This document shows, one piece after another, positions 1-9,273 of a DNA stretch of 32,000 nucleotides. Made by a program: the position numbers and the translations under genes. The first letter of the stretch is position 1. The number at the start of each line of letters is the position of its first letter. This DNA is from Copranaerobaculum intestinale (GTDB lineage: Bacteria > Bacillota_I > Bacilli_A > Erysipelotrichales > Erysipelotrichaceae): positions 330,001-362,000 of the forward strand of contig NZ_WUUQ01000001.1 in the NCBI RefSeq assembly GCF_009831105.1, given 5' to 3'. Below the pieces are notes generated by a model. The model made no database searches, was not told the origin of the DNA, and saw nothing but the letters and a program-made list of their open reading frames with translations.

Positions 1-385
1 CATCCCGATTGCTTTTACCGATGATGAAATTATCAAAATTGTATTGCTTTTTAATTTTATTCTCAAATAATTCATCATTTCTTCGTTTCACCACACTGTT
101 AGGTGTTAGATTATCCACCTCTGCTTTAAGAAATATTTGACACTGCATGTCTTTTTCCAAAACAGAACTCAGCCGTGACTGAATCATTAATATATTTTCA
201 AGCATAATCTGTTTATTAATTTTATAAGGAACTACAATGATTGCAAATTCTTCATCAATATCGTACAGAGAAGAATCTTTGATCCATGTATTAAAAATCG
301 CATTGTCAAAATCATGATTTGTTTGAATCAAATCTAAAGTATCCTGCCATATTTTTTTTAAATTTTGATTCGTGTATTCTGCCAT
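1..385 (-). CDS. dnaA: Chromosomal replication initiator DnaA, N-terminal part (gene continues past the left edge)
   Basis: Absent from the ORF track because it is open at the window edge. My reverse-strand translation from ATG 385: MAEYTNQNLKKIWQDTLDLIQTNHDFDNAIFNTWIKDSSLYDIDEEFAIIVVPYKINKQIMLENILMIQSRLSSVLEKDMQCQIFLKAEV...KQYNFDNFIIGKSNRD. It shows the DnaA domain I pattern (W..L, F.TWI, vP..f) and the FDNF(I/V)xGxSNR motif. It is divergent from rpmH across a DnaA-box cluster. Confidence 0.9.
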   Translation of the reverse strand, partial: MAEYTNQNLKKIWQDTLDLIQTNHDFDNAIFNTWIKDSSLYDIDEEFAIIVVPYKINKQIMLENILMIQSRLSSVLEKDMQCQIFLKAEVDNLTPNSVVKRRNDELFENKIKKQYNFDNFIIGKSNRD

Positions 386-423
386 AATCATCCCTCATTT
401 ATACTTGTTAATTTTACTATAAA

Positions 424-831
424 AGTGGATAATTTACTATGACTATATAAAAAAGAATGAGTTTTCCACCAAAAATATAGAATATCCTTGATAAATAGGT
501 TTTTTATGTAGTTTTCCACAATATTCCACTGGGAAAAGTTGTTGAAAAGTAATTGTTTATAACTTTAATTGTGGAAAATGGGGATTATCTTCGGTATAAC
601 AGTTGTAAACTCCACGATATGAATATTAAAAAAATATAATAAACAAAGGATTTTAATAACTTTTCCACCTTTTCAACACATGGTGGAAAACTATGCTATT
701 CAAAGTGTTAATAATTTGTTGATAAGTGAATTTATTGTTACTTTTTATCAAAAATTAACTTAAAACTGAGTTTTTCCACAAAATTAAATAAAAGATTCTT
801 AAAACTGTTGAAAACTTCTTTTTTATCCACA
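424..831. other. DnaA-box cluster in the dnaA-rpmH spacer (oriC-associated, dnaA-upstream part)
   Basis: Matches to TTATCCACA read directly. 424-432 (-, 8/9); 462-470 (+, TTTTCCACC 7/9); 512-520 (+, TTTTCCACA 8/9); 570-578 (-, 8/9); 661-669 (+, 7/9); 682-690 (-, 7/9); 772-780 (+, 8/9); 823-831 (+, perfect 9/9). The background is AT-rich and no ORF of 60 aa or more is listed in 386-1087. Confidence 0.85.
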
Positions 832-1002
832 TATTTTTAGTTATTTTACGTAAATTTTTCTAATTTCAAAACCTTTCTGTCATAATTGCTTATTTTTCTT
901 CATAAATGAAATGGTTACCTTATAAAAAGAGTCTTCATTTTGATATCGAAAAAAAGGATCCAAAAAAAGAATATTTTTAGTTTCATAAGATACGTTATTT
1001 TA

Positions 1003-1031
1003 TTGACTTTATAAATGTTTTTATGTATAAT
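1003..1031 (+). promoter_or_regulatory. Sigma-A type promoter for rpmH (TTGACT-17-TATAAT)
   Basis: TTGACT at 1003-1008, 17-nt spacer, TATAAT at 1026-1031, about 55 nt upstream of the rpmH ATG. Confidence 0.6.
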
Positions 1032-1087
1032 CTAAAAGCAATGCTCAATTTATAGAAAGTTTAACAATAGAATTGGAGGTGGCTCCT

Positions 1088-1222
1088 ATGAAGAGAACAT
1101 ATCAACCGAGCAAAAGAAAACACCAAAAAACTCATGGATTCAGGGCCCGTATGGCTACTGTAGGAGGACGTAAAGTATTAGCGCGTCGTCGCAGCAAAGG
1201 TAGAAAAGTGTTATCAGCTTAA
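1088..1222 (+). CDS. rpmH: 50S ribosomal protein L34
   Basis: Below the ORF-track size cutoff. Translation is [44 protein letters not shown] (44 aa), the near-invariant L34 sequence. SD GGAGGTGG lies 6 nt upstream, and it directly precedes rnpA. Confidence 0.95.
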   Translation: MKRTYQPSKRKHQKTHGFRARMATVGGRKVLARRRSKGRKVLSA

Positions 1223-1247
1223 AAATCACCTCCGAGGTGATTTTTTT
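1222..1247 (+). terminator. Weak hairpin plus T7 run after rpmH (terminator/attenuator ahead of rnpA)
   Basis: ATCACC (1225-1230) pairs with GGTGAT (1236-1241) and is extended by A:T pairs. The loop is TCCGA, followed by TTTTTTT at 1241-1247. Confidence 0.45.
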
Positions 1248-1310
1248 GTAATTCAGGGAATGTTTGAAGGTAAATATTTAGTTAGTATATAAGGAAAGGG
1301 AGGAATGTTC

Positions 1311-1643
1311 ATGAAAAAAGAGTATCGAATTAAAGACAGCCAGGAATTTTTGTCGATTATTCAATATAAAAAATTTTATCATACACCATCCTTCACTCTT
1401 TATGTAAAACCGCGGAAATTGGATCATATGCGAGTCGGTATATCGGCAGGAAAGAAACTGGGCAACGCGGTTGTCCGCAACAAAGTAAAGCGGCAGCTGA
1501 GAATGATGATAATGGAAACTTGTACATTCAAAGAAAATTTTGACATAATTATCCTCGTTCGCCCCCATTTTCTTGAAGAAAAATACAATACTAATAAAAA
1601 ACTCTTGGAAAGCGTAGTTAAAAAAGTTAAAATAGATAGGTAA
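1311..1643 (+). CDS. rnpA: Ribonuclease P protein component
   Basis: ORF 1305-1643. Small basic protein (KLGNAVVRNKVKRQLR motif) directly after rpmH. ATG 1311 is preferred over 1305 because the SD GGGAGGA ends at 1304. Confidence 0.9.
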   Translation: MKKEYRIKDSQEFLSIIQYKKFYHTPSFTLYVKPRKLDHMRVGISAGKKLGNAVVRNKVKRQLRMMIMETCTFKENFDIIILVRPHFLEEKYNTNKKLLESVVKKVKIDR

Positions 1644-1667
1644 GCTATCTTAGCGAGGAGAATAAGA

Positions 1668-2564
1668 ATGAAAAGATTTTTTAAAGACAAAAAAAAGCTG
1701 CTGTTTCTCAGTGTCTTTATGCTGATTACGCTGGCAGCGTGTTCACAACCTCGAGGTGCCAATGGTGATATCTTAAAAGATCAGATTATTTATCTGAATA
1801 CACCGTTTTGGGACACGGTGACAAACGGAAGTTGGTTTGATATTATCGTATGGCCGATTTCTCAGATGATCAACTTTGTTGGTAAATATACCGATGCTGG
1901 TATTGCCATCATCGTCGTTACTTTATTTATTCAACTGATCACATCCGCTTTTTCAATCAAATCACAAGTAGCGTCTCAAAAAATGCAGATGCTTCAGCCG
2001 GAACTGAATCGTATCCAAGCAAAATATGCAGGTAAGACAGATGATCGTTCTCGGATGATGCAGGCACAGGAAATGCAGGCTATTTACAGTAAAAACAAAA
2101 TCAATCCATTTGGTTCCATTCTGGTTATGTTTATCCAGTTTCCGATCATTCTGGGTATGTATCAAGCGGTCATGCGCGCCTATACGGTTATTTCCGGTGA
2201 TTTCATGGGCATTCATTTGGATACAACGGTTATCTCCGGTATCCGCGACAGTCAGTGGGCATATCTGTTGATTTTCTTGCTGATGATTATCGCGCAGTTC
2301 CTATCAATGAAATTCCCACAGTGGATGCAGAAGCATCATAAGAAAAAAGCAAACGTAAAAGAAAAGAAGTATGCACAGCCGGAACAGAAAGGTTCTGGCA
2401 TGATGCAGTCGATGAATATGATGATGTACATGAGTTTGGCAATGATTTCTGTATTTGCCCTCTCTTGGCCTCTAGGTATGTCATTCTACTGGCTGATTTC
2501 ATCTATCGCCCGTGTTCTGCAGACTTTGATTATCGATAAATTCTTTATTAAAGGAAACGTATAG
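1668..2564 (+). CDS. yidC: Membrane protein insertase YidC/SpoIIIJ family (lipoprotein)
   Basis: Lipobox LAAC near the N-terminus, multiple TM segments, the conserved PxLxxIQxKY-like segment (QPELNRIQAKY) and KINPFGS. Canonical position after rnpA. Confidence 0.9.
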   Translation: MKRFFKDKKKLLFLSVFMLITLAACSQPRGANGDILKDQIIYLNTPFWDTVTNGSWFDIIVWPISQMINFVGKYTDAGIAIIVVTLFIQLITSAFSIKSQVASQKMQMLQPELNRIQAKYAGKTDDRSRMMQAQEMQAIYSKNKINPFGSILVMFIQFPIILGMYQAVMRAYTVISGDFMGIHLDTTVISGIRDSQWAYLLIFLLMIIAQFLSMKFPQWMQKHHKKKANVKEKKYAQPEQKGSGMMQSMNMMMYMSLAMISVFALSWPLGMSFYWLISSIARVLQTLIIDKFFIKGNV

Positions 2565-2579
2565 CAGAAGGAGGCAGTT

Positions 2580-3200
2580 ATGGAAATTTACACTGGTAAA
2601 AATCTGGAAGAATTACTGCAGGAAGCAGCTCGCAGAAAAAATACTTCTGTAGAGAATTTAACTTACAATGTTATTGAAGAAAAAAAAGGTTTTCTTGGTT
2701 TAGGCGGAGAAGTTAGTGCTACTGTTTATTGTGAACAGGATATTCAAAATTTTATCAAAGAATATCTGCAAACCTATTTTGAAAACATTGAAATGGAAGT
2801 AACGGTTGAAGTAATCAATGATGACGGTTTTTACCGCGTTACTCTGAATGCTGAAAACAATGCAATTCTGATTGGACGCAATGGACAGACACTTCAGTCA
2901 CTGAATAGTATTCTGAAATCTGCCGCATCCAGCGAATTTAAAAAAAGAATTGGTCTGCTGATTGATATCAACGGATATAAAGAAGAAAAATATCATAAGA
3001 TTTGCGCATTGGCAGGAAGGGTTGCGAAAACGGTACAGCGCACTAAGACGGACGCGCTGCTTGATCCGATGCCGGCAGATGAACGCAAGGCAATTCATAA
3101 TTATCTGACGAATATGAGGTATGTATCCACGGTCAGTGAGGGTGAAGGAAATCAGCGGCGTATAAAGATTGTATACAATCCTGGAAAGGAAGATAATTAA
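2580..3200 (+). CDS. jag: Jag/KhpB RNA-binding protein (Jag_N, KH and R3H domains)
   Basis: Canonical position after yidC. Shows the KH-like IGRNGQTLQSLN motif and a C-terminal R3H-like segment (ERKAIHNYL). Confidence 0.85.
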   Translation: MEIYTGKNLEELLQEAARRKNTSVENLTYNVIEEKKGFLGLGGEVSATVYCEQDIQNFIKEYLQTYFENIEMEVTVEVINDDGFYRVTLNAENNAILIGRNGQTLQSLNSILKSAASSEFKKRIGLLIDINGYKEEKYHKICALAGRVAKTVQRTKTDALLDPMPADERKAIHNYLTNMRYVSTVSEGEGNQRRIKIVYNPGKEDN

Positions 3201-3224
3201 GCAGAAGCAATTCTGCTTTTTTTT
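3201..3224 (+). terminator. Rho-independent terminator after jag
   Basis: GCAGAA (3201-3206), loop GCAA, TTCTGC (3211-3216), then a T8 run. Confidence 0.75.
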
Positions 3225-3295
3225 CATGCCTTACTTGTATTATTAATGGTTTATGTTAAAATTTTATTGATTTCCTAAGATGAAAGGATTTTGAT

Positions 3296-4468
3296 ATGAG
3301 TTTATTTTATCGCGAATGTAAAAAGAGATCGAGGCAGATGACAGAATTAATTCTGATCGGCTTGATCATGATTCTTTATGTGATTGGAAGCAGCTGGGGG
3401 ACAAAAATAATAAATTACCAGAGCGGTCCGGCAGCACTTGATGAAATATATCCGCAATTGCTGAAAGACAAGCCAAAAGATTCCTTTGATATCCATGATC
3501 CGCATAATCAATATTTAGAGATTCAGGCAAATGATCAGTCGATGATACCGCTGCGTCAAATTCAAAAATCAAAGTATATGTATTACTTATATCATTCCGG
3601 ACATAAGCAACCGATTTTGATTGGATTTGATAAAAAATTAGATGCAGAATTAATGATGAAGCTTCAAAATCATCAGTCGATCGTCCTGCGAGGCGGTTTT
3701 GATGAATTAGATAAACGTGAACAAATCATCGCAGATGATATGTCTGAAGAGGCTTATACCAAATTAATTTTTCGTAATGGATATATAGGGAACAGTAAAA
3801 AAATCGAAATAACCGTATCCATTTACAGTACAATTCTCCTGATTATTTTGATCATCATTGTGATTTTGCTGGAAGTCAGCGGTATTTACCAACACAAAAT
3901 AAAAAAACAGCTTCAGGCACTGCGAGAAGACCAGCGTCAGGCAATTGATGAGGATTTCCGCGAGCGCCTGCGCAAAAACCGTCTGGGGTTCGGCGATCAG
4001 TTTCTCTATGTATCAAAAAACTGGCAATATGAAATCTATCCGTTTGAGGATATTACCCTGCTTCATTACCACGTATACCGCTATGGTGATTTTAATCGCT
4101 ATTCACTGGTTGCCTGGGATACGTCTAAACACCATGTAACCTTATCCAATACGCTGACAAAGGAAAAACTTCATCGTTATATTCAATTGATCTATGAGCG
4201 CAATCCGGAAATTACAGTTGAAAATACAACAGCGCGTAAAAATATGCAGCTATATTATTTTGATAATCTGGTACAGGAAATGCGCGATCGGCAAGAAATA
4301 AGCAAACAGCTTTCGGAAGCGAAACAGGATGAAAGCTTGATTCGAACCCATTATCATCGCCGTACACCGATCAAACGACGGATCATAGAGGGACCGATTT
4401 ATCGCAAGCGTAAATCTTCTCATGTGATTCATATCCGAAAAACACCTATTTTACGATCTGAAAGATAA
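3296..4468 (+). CDS. Hypothetical two-TM membrane protein with a strongly basic C-terminal tail
   Basis: 390-aa ORF with SD AAAGGA. Predicted TM near residues 16-35 (LILIGLIMILYVIGSSW) and near 175-195 (ISIYSTILLIILIIIVILL). The tail is HYHRRTPIKRRIIEGPIYRKRKSSHVIHIRKTPILRSER. I recognise no family motif. Confidence 0.6.
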   Translation: MSLFYRECKKRSRQMTELILIGLIMILYVIGSSWGTKIINYQSGPAALDEIYPQLLKDKPKDSFDIHDPHNQYLEIQANDQSMIPLRQIQKSKYMYYLYHSGHKQPILIGFDKKLDAELMMKLQNHQSIVLRGGFDELDKREQIIADDMSEEAYTKLIFRNGYIGNSKKIEITVSIYSTILLIILIIIVILLEVSGIYQHKIKKQLQALREDQRQAIDEDFRERLRKNRLGFGDQFLYVSKNWQYEIYPFEDITLLHYHVYRYGDFNRYSLVAWDTSKHHVTLSNTLTKEKLHRYIQLIYERNPEITVENTTARKNMQLYYFDNLVQEMRDRQEISKQLSEAKQDESLIRTHYHRRTPIKRRIIEGPIYRKRKSSHVIHIRKTPILRSER

Positions 4469-4492
4469 AGTTATTCATGCTTTATCTTTTTT
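4461..4492 (+). terminator. AT-rich hairpin terminator overlapping the stop codon of the 390-aa ORF
   Basis: AAAGATAAAG (4461-4470) pairs perfectly with CTTTATCTTT (4480-4489). The loop is 9 nt and a T run follows. Confidence 0.5.
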
Positions 4493-4557
4493 ATTTATGC
4501 TGGCTTTCATGATACTTTGGGGTATAATAGATAGGCAAGAATGTAGTGAGGTGGATC

Positions 4558-5118
4558 ATGAAATTGATAGTAGGATTAGGAAACCCCGGAAAACAATATG
4601 AAAAAACCAGACATAATACTGGTTTTATGGTTATGGATGAATTGGCTTCATCCCTTCATTGTCCCATCGATCAAAAAAAATTCAAAGCTTTGATTGGTCA
4701 AACAATGGTACAGGGAGAAAAGATACTTCTGATGAAACCGCAGACATATATGAATTTGTCCGGGGAAGCTGTATATGAAGCAATGAAATTTTATCAGCTT
4801 ACAGCGGATGATATTCTTGTTATCTATGATGATCTTGATCTTCCGGTTGGCAAGCTGCGGCTTCGCGAACAAGGAAGTGCCGGCGGTCAAAATGGCATTA
4901 AAAATATTATCGCTCATCTGCATACCCAAGATTTTAAGCGTATTCGTGTTGGCATCGGCAATGATAAGCTGATGCTGACAGCAGACTATGTATTAGGTAA
5001 AATTCCTAAGAGTGACCGCGAGCTTCATCAGGACGCAGTAAAACGAGCTGCTCAAGCCGCAGAAGCAAGCATTATAAAACCCTTTTCGGATGTGATGGGT
5101 TTGTATAACAGGAAGTAG
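4558..5118 (+). CDS. pth: Peptidyl-tRNA hydrolase
   Basis: MKLIVGLGNPG..Y..TRHN.GF N-terminal signature. Start moved to ATG 4558 (SD GAGGTG upstream). Followed by mfd as in Bacillus. Confidence 0.93.
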   Translation: MKLIVGLGNPGKQYEKTRHNTGFMVMDELASSLHCPIDQKKFKALIGQTMVQGEKILLMKPQTYMNLSGEAVYEAMKFYQLTADDILVIYDDLDLPVGKLRLREQGSAGGQNGIKNIIAHLHTQDFKRIRVGIGNDKLMLTADYVLGKIPKSDRELHQDAVKRAAQAAEASIIKPFSDVMGLYNRK

Positions 5119-5121
5119 ATC

Positions 5122-8100
5122 ATGAATACGATACTTCGTGAATGTGCGGCCAATCCGGCAGTTTCCAGTTTAATTCGGAACGAGGATCATCTTGGCAACG
5201 TTCAGCCGATGGAAGAAGCGCTTTTGCTTAGTACAGCCTTTGTGCAGACAAAGCGTTCTATGGTAATTGTTAAGAATACTTTATATTCAGCGCAGCAGCT
5301 CTATCAGCGTCTTTTATCGCTGCTGGATGATCATGTTCTATTGTTTGCGGCTGAGGATTCACTAAGAGTGGAAGCAATCGCGGCTTCTCCGGAAATGAAG
5401 GCAAATCAATTAGAAACCATGTCACAGTTGCTGGAGGAGCAAGCATGTATTTTAGTTACGCACATCGGAGCACTGCTGCGTTATTTGCCCAAACCGGAGG
5501 TTTTTCAGTCCTGTGCCCTTCATATAAAGACTGGGGATGAATATGGATTTGAAAAGCTAAAGGCGCAGCTCTTTCAGGCAGGATATCGGCGGGTATCCCG
5601 AATTGATCAGCCCTTGTGCTATGCAAGCCGCGGCGGGATCGTTGATGTGTACTCCATCAATCATGAACATCCGCTGCGTATTGAATTTTTCGATAATGAG
5701 ATAGATAGCATACGATATTTTGATATCAGCACACAGCGAACGATTGAAACTATACAAAATGCATGGATCATCCCGGCTACGGATTTTCTGTTAGATAATG
5801 AAGAACTCAGAGAAATGGCGGAACAGACACAGATGAAGCTCAGCCAGTTGACTTTAAAACAGAAAGCTTCAAACCAACTGGAAAACTATATCAATGACGA
5901 CTTAGATGCAATTACCAATCATCAGACAGATGGACACCTTTACCCATATTTTTCGCTGCTGTCCAAACACTACACCATTTTGGATTATACCAAACAACCG
6001 CAAATCATTTTTTCCAGCCTGGAAGAATTGAAAACTTCTTACAAACATATCCAAGAAGAAACAATCTCTTATGTTCAGGAGCTTGTCAATGAACAAAAAA
6101 TGCTTCCGCTTTATCAGCTGTTTGCGGATTTGGATCGTATTACAGCCCCTTATCATCCGATGAATATCGGACTTTTTGTTCAGGGAGTAAAAGCAGTAAG
6201 TTCGCAGATTACAAGTATTTCACAGCCCAATTTAGGATTTGATAAAATCATGGAGAATATCCTGCTGGAAGCAAAAAATATGCGTCTATTATTTACTTTA
6301 AATCATCATGAGCTGCCGCAGGTGAAGCAATATTTGAATGAGCATAATTATGAATGGACGATGCTTTCTCAAGAGGATAGTATTCCAAAGGGGATCTCAT
6401 TGCTTGAAAAAGAACTTCCGGAAGGCTTTATCATGAATCGGGAGAATTTAATGGTATGTACCGCAAAAGAAATTTTTCAGGTGAGACCGCGGCTGGCCCG
6501 CTATCAGAACAAATTTAAAGAAGCAGAAGTGCTCCATAATTTTCAGGAGCTTGACCCGGGTGATTATGTTGTGCATAACGAACACGGTATCGGTAAATAT
6601 CTTGGTATTGTCAATCGGGAAATCGACAATGTACATAAGGACTTTTTAAAGATTGCTTACAAAGGCAATGATGTCTTATTTGTACCGCTGGAGCAATTTC
6701 AGCTGATTCGTAAATTTGTTTCAAAGGAAGGAGCTGTCCCAAAATTAAATAAAATTGGAAGCGGCGATTGGGAACGTACAAAGTCAAAAATCCGTGAAAA
6801 TATCGCGGAGCTTGCACAGCGGCTTGTACATTTATATGCAAATAGAGAAGAGCATATCGGTCATGCATTCAGTAAGGATACAGTCTTTCAGAAACAGTTT
6901 GAAGATGATTTTGAATATGAATTAACGGATGATCAGCGCCGGGCGATCGCGGAAATCAAGGCCGATATGGAGCTTGATAAACCGATGGATCGGCTGTTGT
7001 GCGGAGATGTGGGTTTCGGTAAAACGGAAGTAGCGATCCGTGCCGCATTCAAGGCCGTCTTGGATAATAAGCAGGTCGCCTTTTTGTGTCCGACAACGAT
7101 TCTGTCACTTCAGCACTATCAGACCTTCCTGCATCGTTTTCAGAACTATCCTGTGAAAATCGCAGTATTGAATCGATTTGTTACTCCTTCTGATCAAAGA
7201 AAGATCATTTCTGATTTAAAAAAAGGAAACGTGGATATTCTGATCGGTACCCATCGGCTGTTGTCCAAGGATGTTGTATTCAAGGATCTGGGTTTTCTGG
7301 TAATTGATGAGGAACAGCGCTTCGGTGTTGAGCATAAAGAAAAAATCAAGGAATTAAAGCACAGTGTAGATGTGCTTTCGCTCTCCGCGACTCCGATTCC
7401 CCGAACGCTTCAAATGTCACTCATCGGTATCCGCGCCTTATCGCAGCTGGATACACCGCCATTAAACCGCATGCCGGTACAAACGTATGTCATCGAAAAA
7501 AATTTTCAAGTTATCAAAGAAATTATCCAGCGTGAATTATCTCGGAACGGACAAGTATTCTATCTTTTCAACAATGTGAAAGAAATTTATCAGACAGCCC
7601 GGCGTATTCAAAACATGCTTCCGGATGTGGCAATCGGAGTTGCTCACGGACAGATGAGCCGCGACGATATCGAGGATGTTATGATGCGGTTTACGAATAA
7701 TGAGTATCATGTTTTGGTATGTACGACAATTATTGAAACCGGCATTGACATTCCCAATGCCAATACGATTCTTATTGAGAATGCCGACCGATTTGGCCTA
7801 TCACAGCTGTATCAGATCAAGGGTCGGGTTGGCCGAAGTGATCGTCTGGCTTATGCTTATCTGATGTATTCTCCGCAGAAACAGCTGTCAGAGATAGCAA
7901 TGAAGCGCTTGAAATCGATCAAAGAGTTTACACAGCTTGGCAGCGGTTATAAAATTGCGATGCGAGATCTGACGATCCGCGGTGCCGGTGATATGTTAGG
8001 ACCGCAGCAGGCAGGTTTCATTGATACTATTGGTATTGATATGTATATCGAAATGCTGAACGAAGCCATTCGTGAAGAAAAAGGACTTCCTAAAGCGGAA

Positions 8101-8553
8101 ATCAGAGAGCTCAAAAAGACAAATGCAAAACTAGATGCATATATCCCTGAACAATTCGCGCCAGAGGACTATGAAAAGTTAACGCTGTATCAGCGCATGG
8201 AAAAGATTACGACCAAACAGGAGCTGCTGAGCATGATGGATGAAATTGCCGATAATTACGGTAAACTTCCTAAAGCTGTGCAACTGCTGTTTGAGAAGAA
8301 GCGTCTGGATATTCTTGTTAATGAGGAGCATGTGGAAGCTTTCCGGGAAACTACTCAAGAAGTTATCATTACATTTGATGAATCCTGGAGCAGCCATGTG
8401 GATGGGATAAAGTTATTTGAACGCATGACCACAATCTCCAAAGATATAAAAATTCGCTATACCAATCAGAAGATAACTGTCCGTCTGCCCAAGTATAAAG
8501 ATTGGCTGAAAACGGTTATTGAAATTTTGGAACATACAAAAACTCCTTCATAA
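5122..8553 (+). CDS. mfd: Transcription-repair coupling factor
   Basis: 1143 aa. Shows the CarD/RID segment ([14 protein letters not shown]), helicase motif I ([11 protein letters not shown]), DEEQRFGV, a TRG-like region and a C-terminal D7 domain. Confidence 0.95.
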   Translation: MNTILRECAANPAVSSLIRNEDHLGNVQPMEEALLLSTAFVQTKRSMVIVKNTLYSAQQLYQRLLSLLDDHVLLFAAEDSLRVEAIAASPEMKANQLETMSQLLEEQACILVTHIGALLRYLPKPEVFQSCALHIKTGDEYGFEKLKAQLFQAGYRRVSRIDQPLCYASRGGIVDVYSINHEHPLRIEFFDNEIDSIRYFDISTQRTIETIQNAWIIPATDFLLDNEELREMAEQTQMKLSQLTLKQKASNQLENYINDDLDAITNHQTDGHLYPYFSLLSKHYTILDYTKQPQIIFSSLEELKTSYKHIQEETISYVQELVNEQKMLPLYQLFADLDRITAPYHPMNIGLFVQGVKAVSSQITSISQPNLGFDKIMENILLEAKNMRLLFTLNHHELPQVKQYLNEHNYEWTMLSQEDSIPKGISLLEKELPEGFIMNRENLMVCTAKEIFQVRPRLARYQNKFKEAEVLHNFQELDPGDYVVHNEHGIGKYLGIVNREIDNVHKDFLKIAYKGNDVLFVPLEQFQLIRKFVSKEGAVPKLNKIGSGDWERTKSKIRENIAELAQRLVHLYANREEHIGHAFSKDTVFQKQFEDDFEYELTDDQRRAIAEIKADMELDKPMDRLLCGDVGFGKTEVAIRAAFKAVLDNKQVAFLCPTTILSLQHYQTFLHRFQNYPVKIAVLNRFVTPSDQRKIISDLKKGNVDILIGTHRLLSKDVVFKDLGFLVIDEEQRFGVEHKEKIKELKHSVDVLSLSATPIPRTLQMSLIGIRALSQLDTPPLNRMPVQTYVIEKNFQVIKEIIQRELSRNGQVFYLFNNVKEIYQTARRIQNMLPDVAIGVAHGQMSRDDIEDVMMRFTNNEYHVLVCTTIIETGIDIPNANTILIENADRFGLSQLYQIKGRVGRSDRLAYAYLMYSPQKQLSEIAMKRLKSIKEFTQLGSGYKIAMRDLTIRGAGDMLGPQQAGFIDTIGIDMYIEMLNEAIREEKGLPKAEIRELKKTNAKLDAYIPEQFAPEDYEKLTLYQRMEKITTKQELLSMMDEIADNYGKLPKAVQLLFEKKRLDILVNEEHVEAFRETTQEVIITFDESWSSHVDGIKLFERMTTISKDIKIRYTNQKITVRLPKYKDWLKTVIEILEHTKTPS

Positions 8554-8570
8554 AAAGGATAAAAAAGAAA

Positions 8571-8603
8571 AAGGCATGGGTATCCGGTATCATGCCTTTT
8601 TTT
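8571..8603 (+). terminator. Rho-independent terminator after mfd
   Basis: AAGGCATG (8571-8578) pairs with CATGCCTT (8591-8598). A T7 run follows. Confidence 0.7.
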
Positions 8604-8738
8604 GATCGTTAATAATCATGATGAACAGTTCATCCTTGATTCAGCAGCTTTTTTACATAAAAGAAAAAGAATCCCGCTAATAGATAAAAGTCTTTATTGT
8701 CTATTTTAACCGGATTCTTTTCATAAGCATGTGTTTAA

Positions 8739-9002
8739 TTATTGCAATTCCTGATCTAGACCGCGAAATGCGTCCGTATCAAAAAATTCAGCAAGACTGA
8801 TATCCAACCCATCACAAACCATCTTGATTGTACCAATTGTAGGATTCTTTGATTTTTCATTCATGATGTTGTTGAGTGTTGATTGTGTCATTCCGCACAT
8901 GATACTTAATTTATTCAGAGAAATATTACGTTCTTTACAAAGATAGGTAATGCGATCTCCCACCGCTTTGCCTATACTTACACGTTCCTGCGTGATTACC
9001 AT
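8739..9002 (-). CDS. XRE/Cro-CI family helix-turn-helix transcriptional regulator (87 aa)
   Basis: Typical HTH_3 pattern: IGKAVGDRITYLCKERNISLNKLSIMCGMTQSTLNNIMN. Confidence 0.8.
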   Translation of the reverse strand: MVITQERVSIGKAVGDRITYLCKERNISLNKLSIMCGMTQSTLNNIMNEKSKNPTIGTIKMVCDGLDISLAEFFDTDAFRGLDQELQ

Positions 9003-9219
9003 TTTTATCCACCCCTCCGTAAATTCATTTTATTAAATTTAATATAAAAAGGTTAATTATATATAGTTAATGTTGCAATTAAGTGTTATAATAACCATAA
9101 ATTCAATGATAGTGATGAAAAAATAGGATGAAAAGGGAAGAACCGCACTGCGGTAGGGTCATGTCACTTTACCTGAATTCGGATAACAAAAATGTTATAT
9201 GGGATTTCCAGAAACAGGG

Positions 9220-9248
9220 GTATATTGGAAATAATTATGACCATACTA
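9220..9248 (+). promoter_or_regulatory. Candidate forespore sigma-G type promoter for spoVT (GTATA-17-CATACTA)
   Basis: GTATA at 9220-9224, 17-nt spacer, CATACTA at 9242-9248, 25 nt upstream of the GTG start. Compared with the published B. subtilis sigma-G consensus GnATR-17/18-CATnnTA; B. subtilis spoVT is sigma-G dependent. Confidence 0.45.
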
Positions 9249-9273
9249 TTGATTAGTAAAGGAGTGTCTGAAT

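Noticed and set aside
1278-1762. Minus-strand ORFs 1278-1568 and 1424-1762 (96 and 112 aa) opposite rnpA/yidC.
   Set aside because: These are antisense shadow ORFs of confidently identified genes. They have no SD and odd composition (Cys/His/Phe-rich). The same reasoning applies to the other listed ORFs lying inside or opposite the called genes: 1962-2216, 2287-2502, 2898-3227, 3366-3572, 3945-4139, 4250-4432, 4648-4929, the five inside mfd, 9987-10283, 10582-10764, 11145-11424, 11622-11836, 12039-12260, 12448-12675, 12911-13093, 14643-15071, 14966-15166, 15684-15947, 16322-16546, 17395-17865, 19451-19975, 20528-20770, 21263-21529, 21816-22222, 22650-23348, 23593-23796, 24115-24392, 24721-25053, 26284-26487, 26870-27218, 28896-29138 and 30464-30998.
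9128-9256. 42-codon ORF (MKREEPHCGRVMSLYLNSDNKNVIWDFQ...) in the XRE-spoVT intergenic region.
   Set aside because: It has no SD, and it overlaps the candidate sigma-G promoter of spoVT. This is most likely chance in a 271-nt regulatory spacer.
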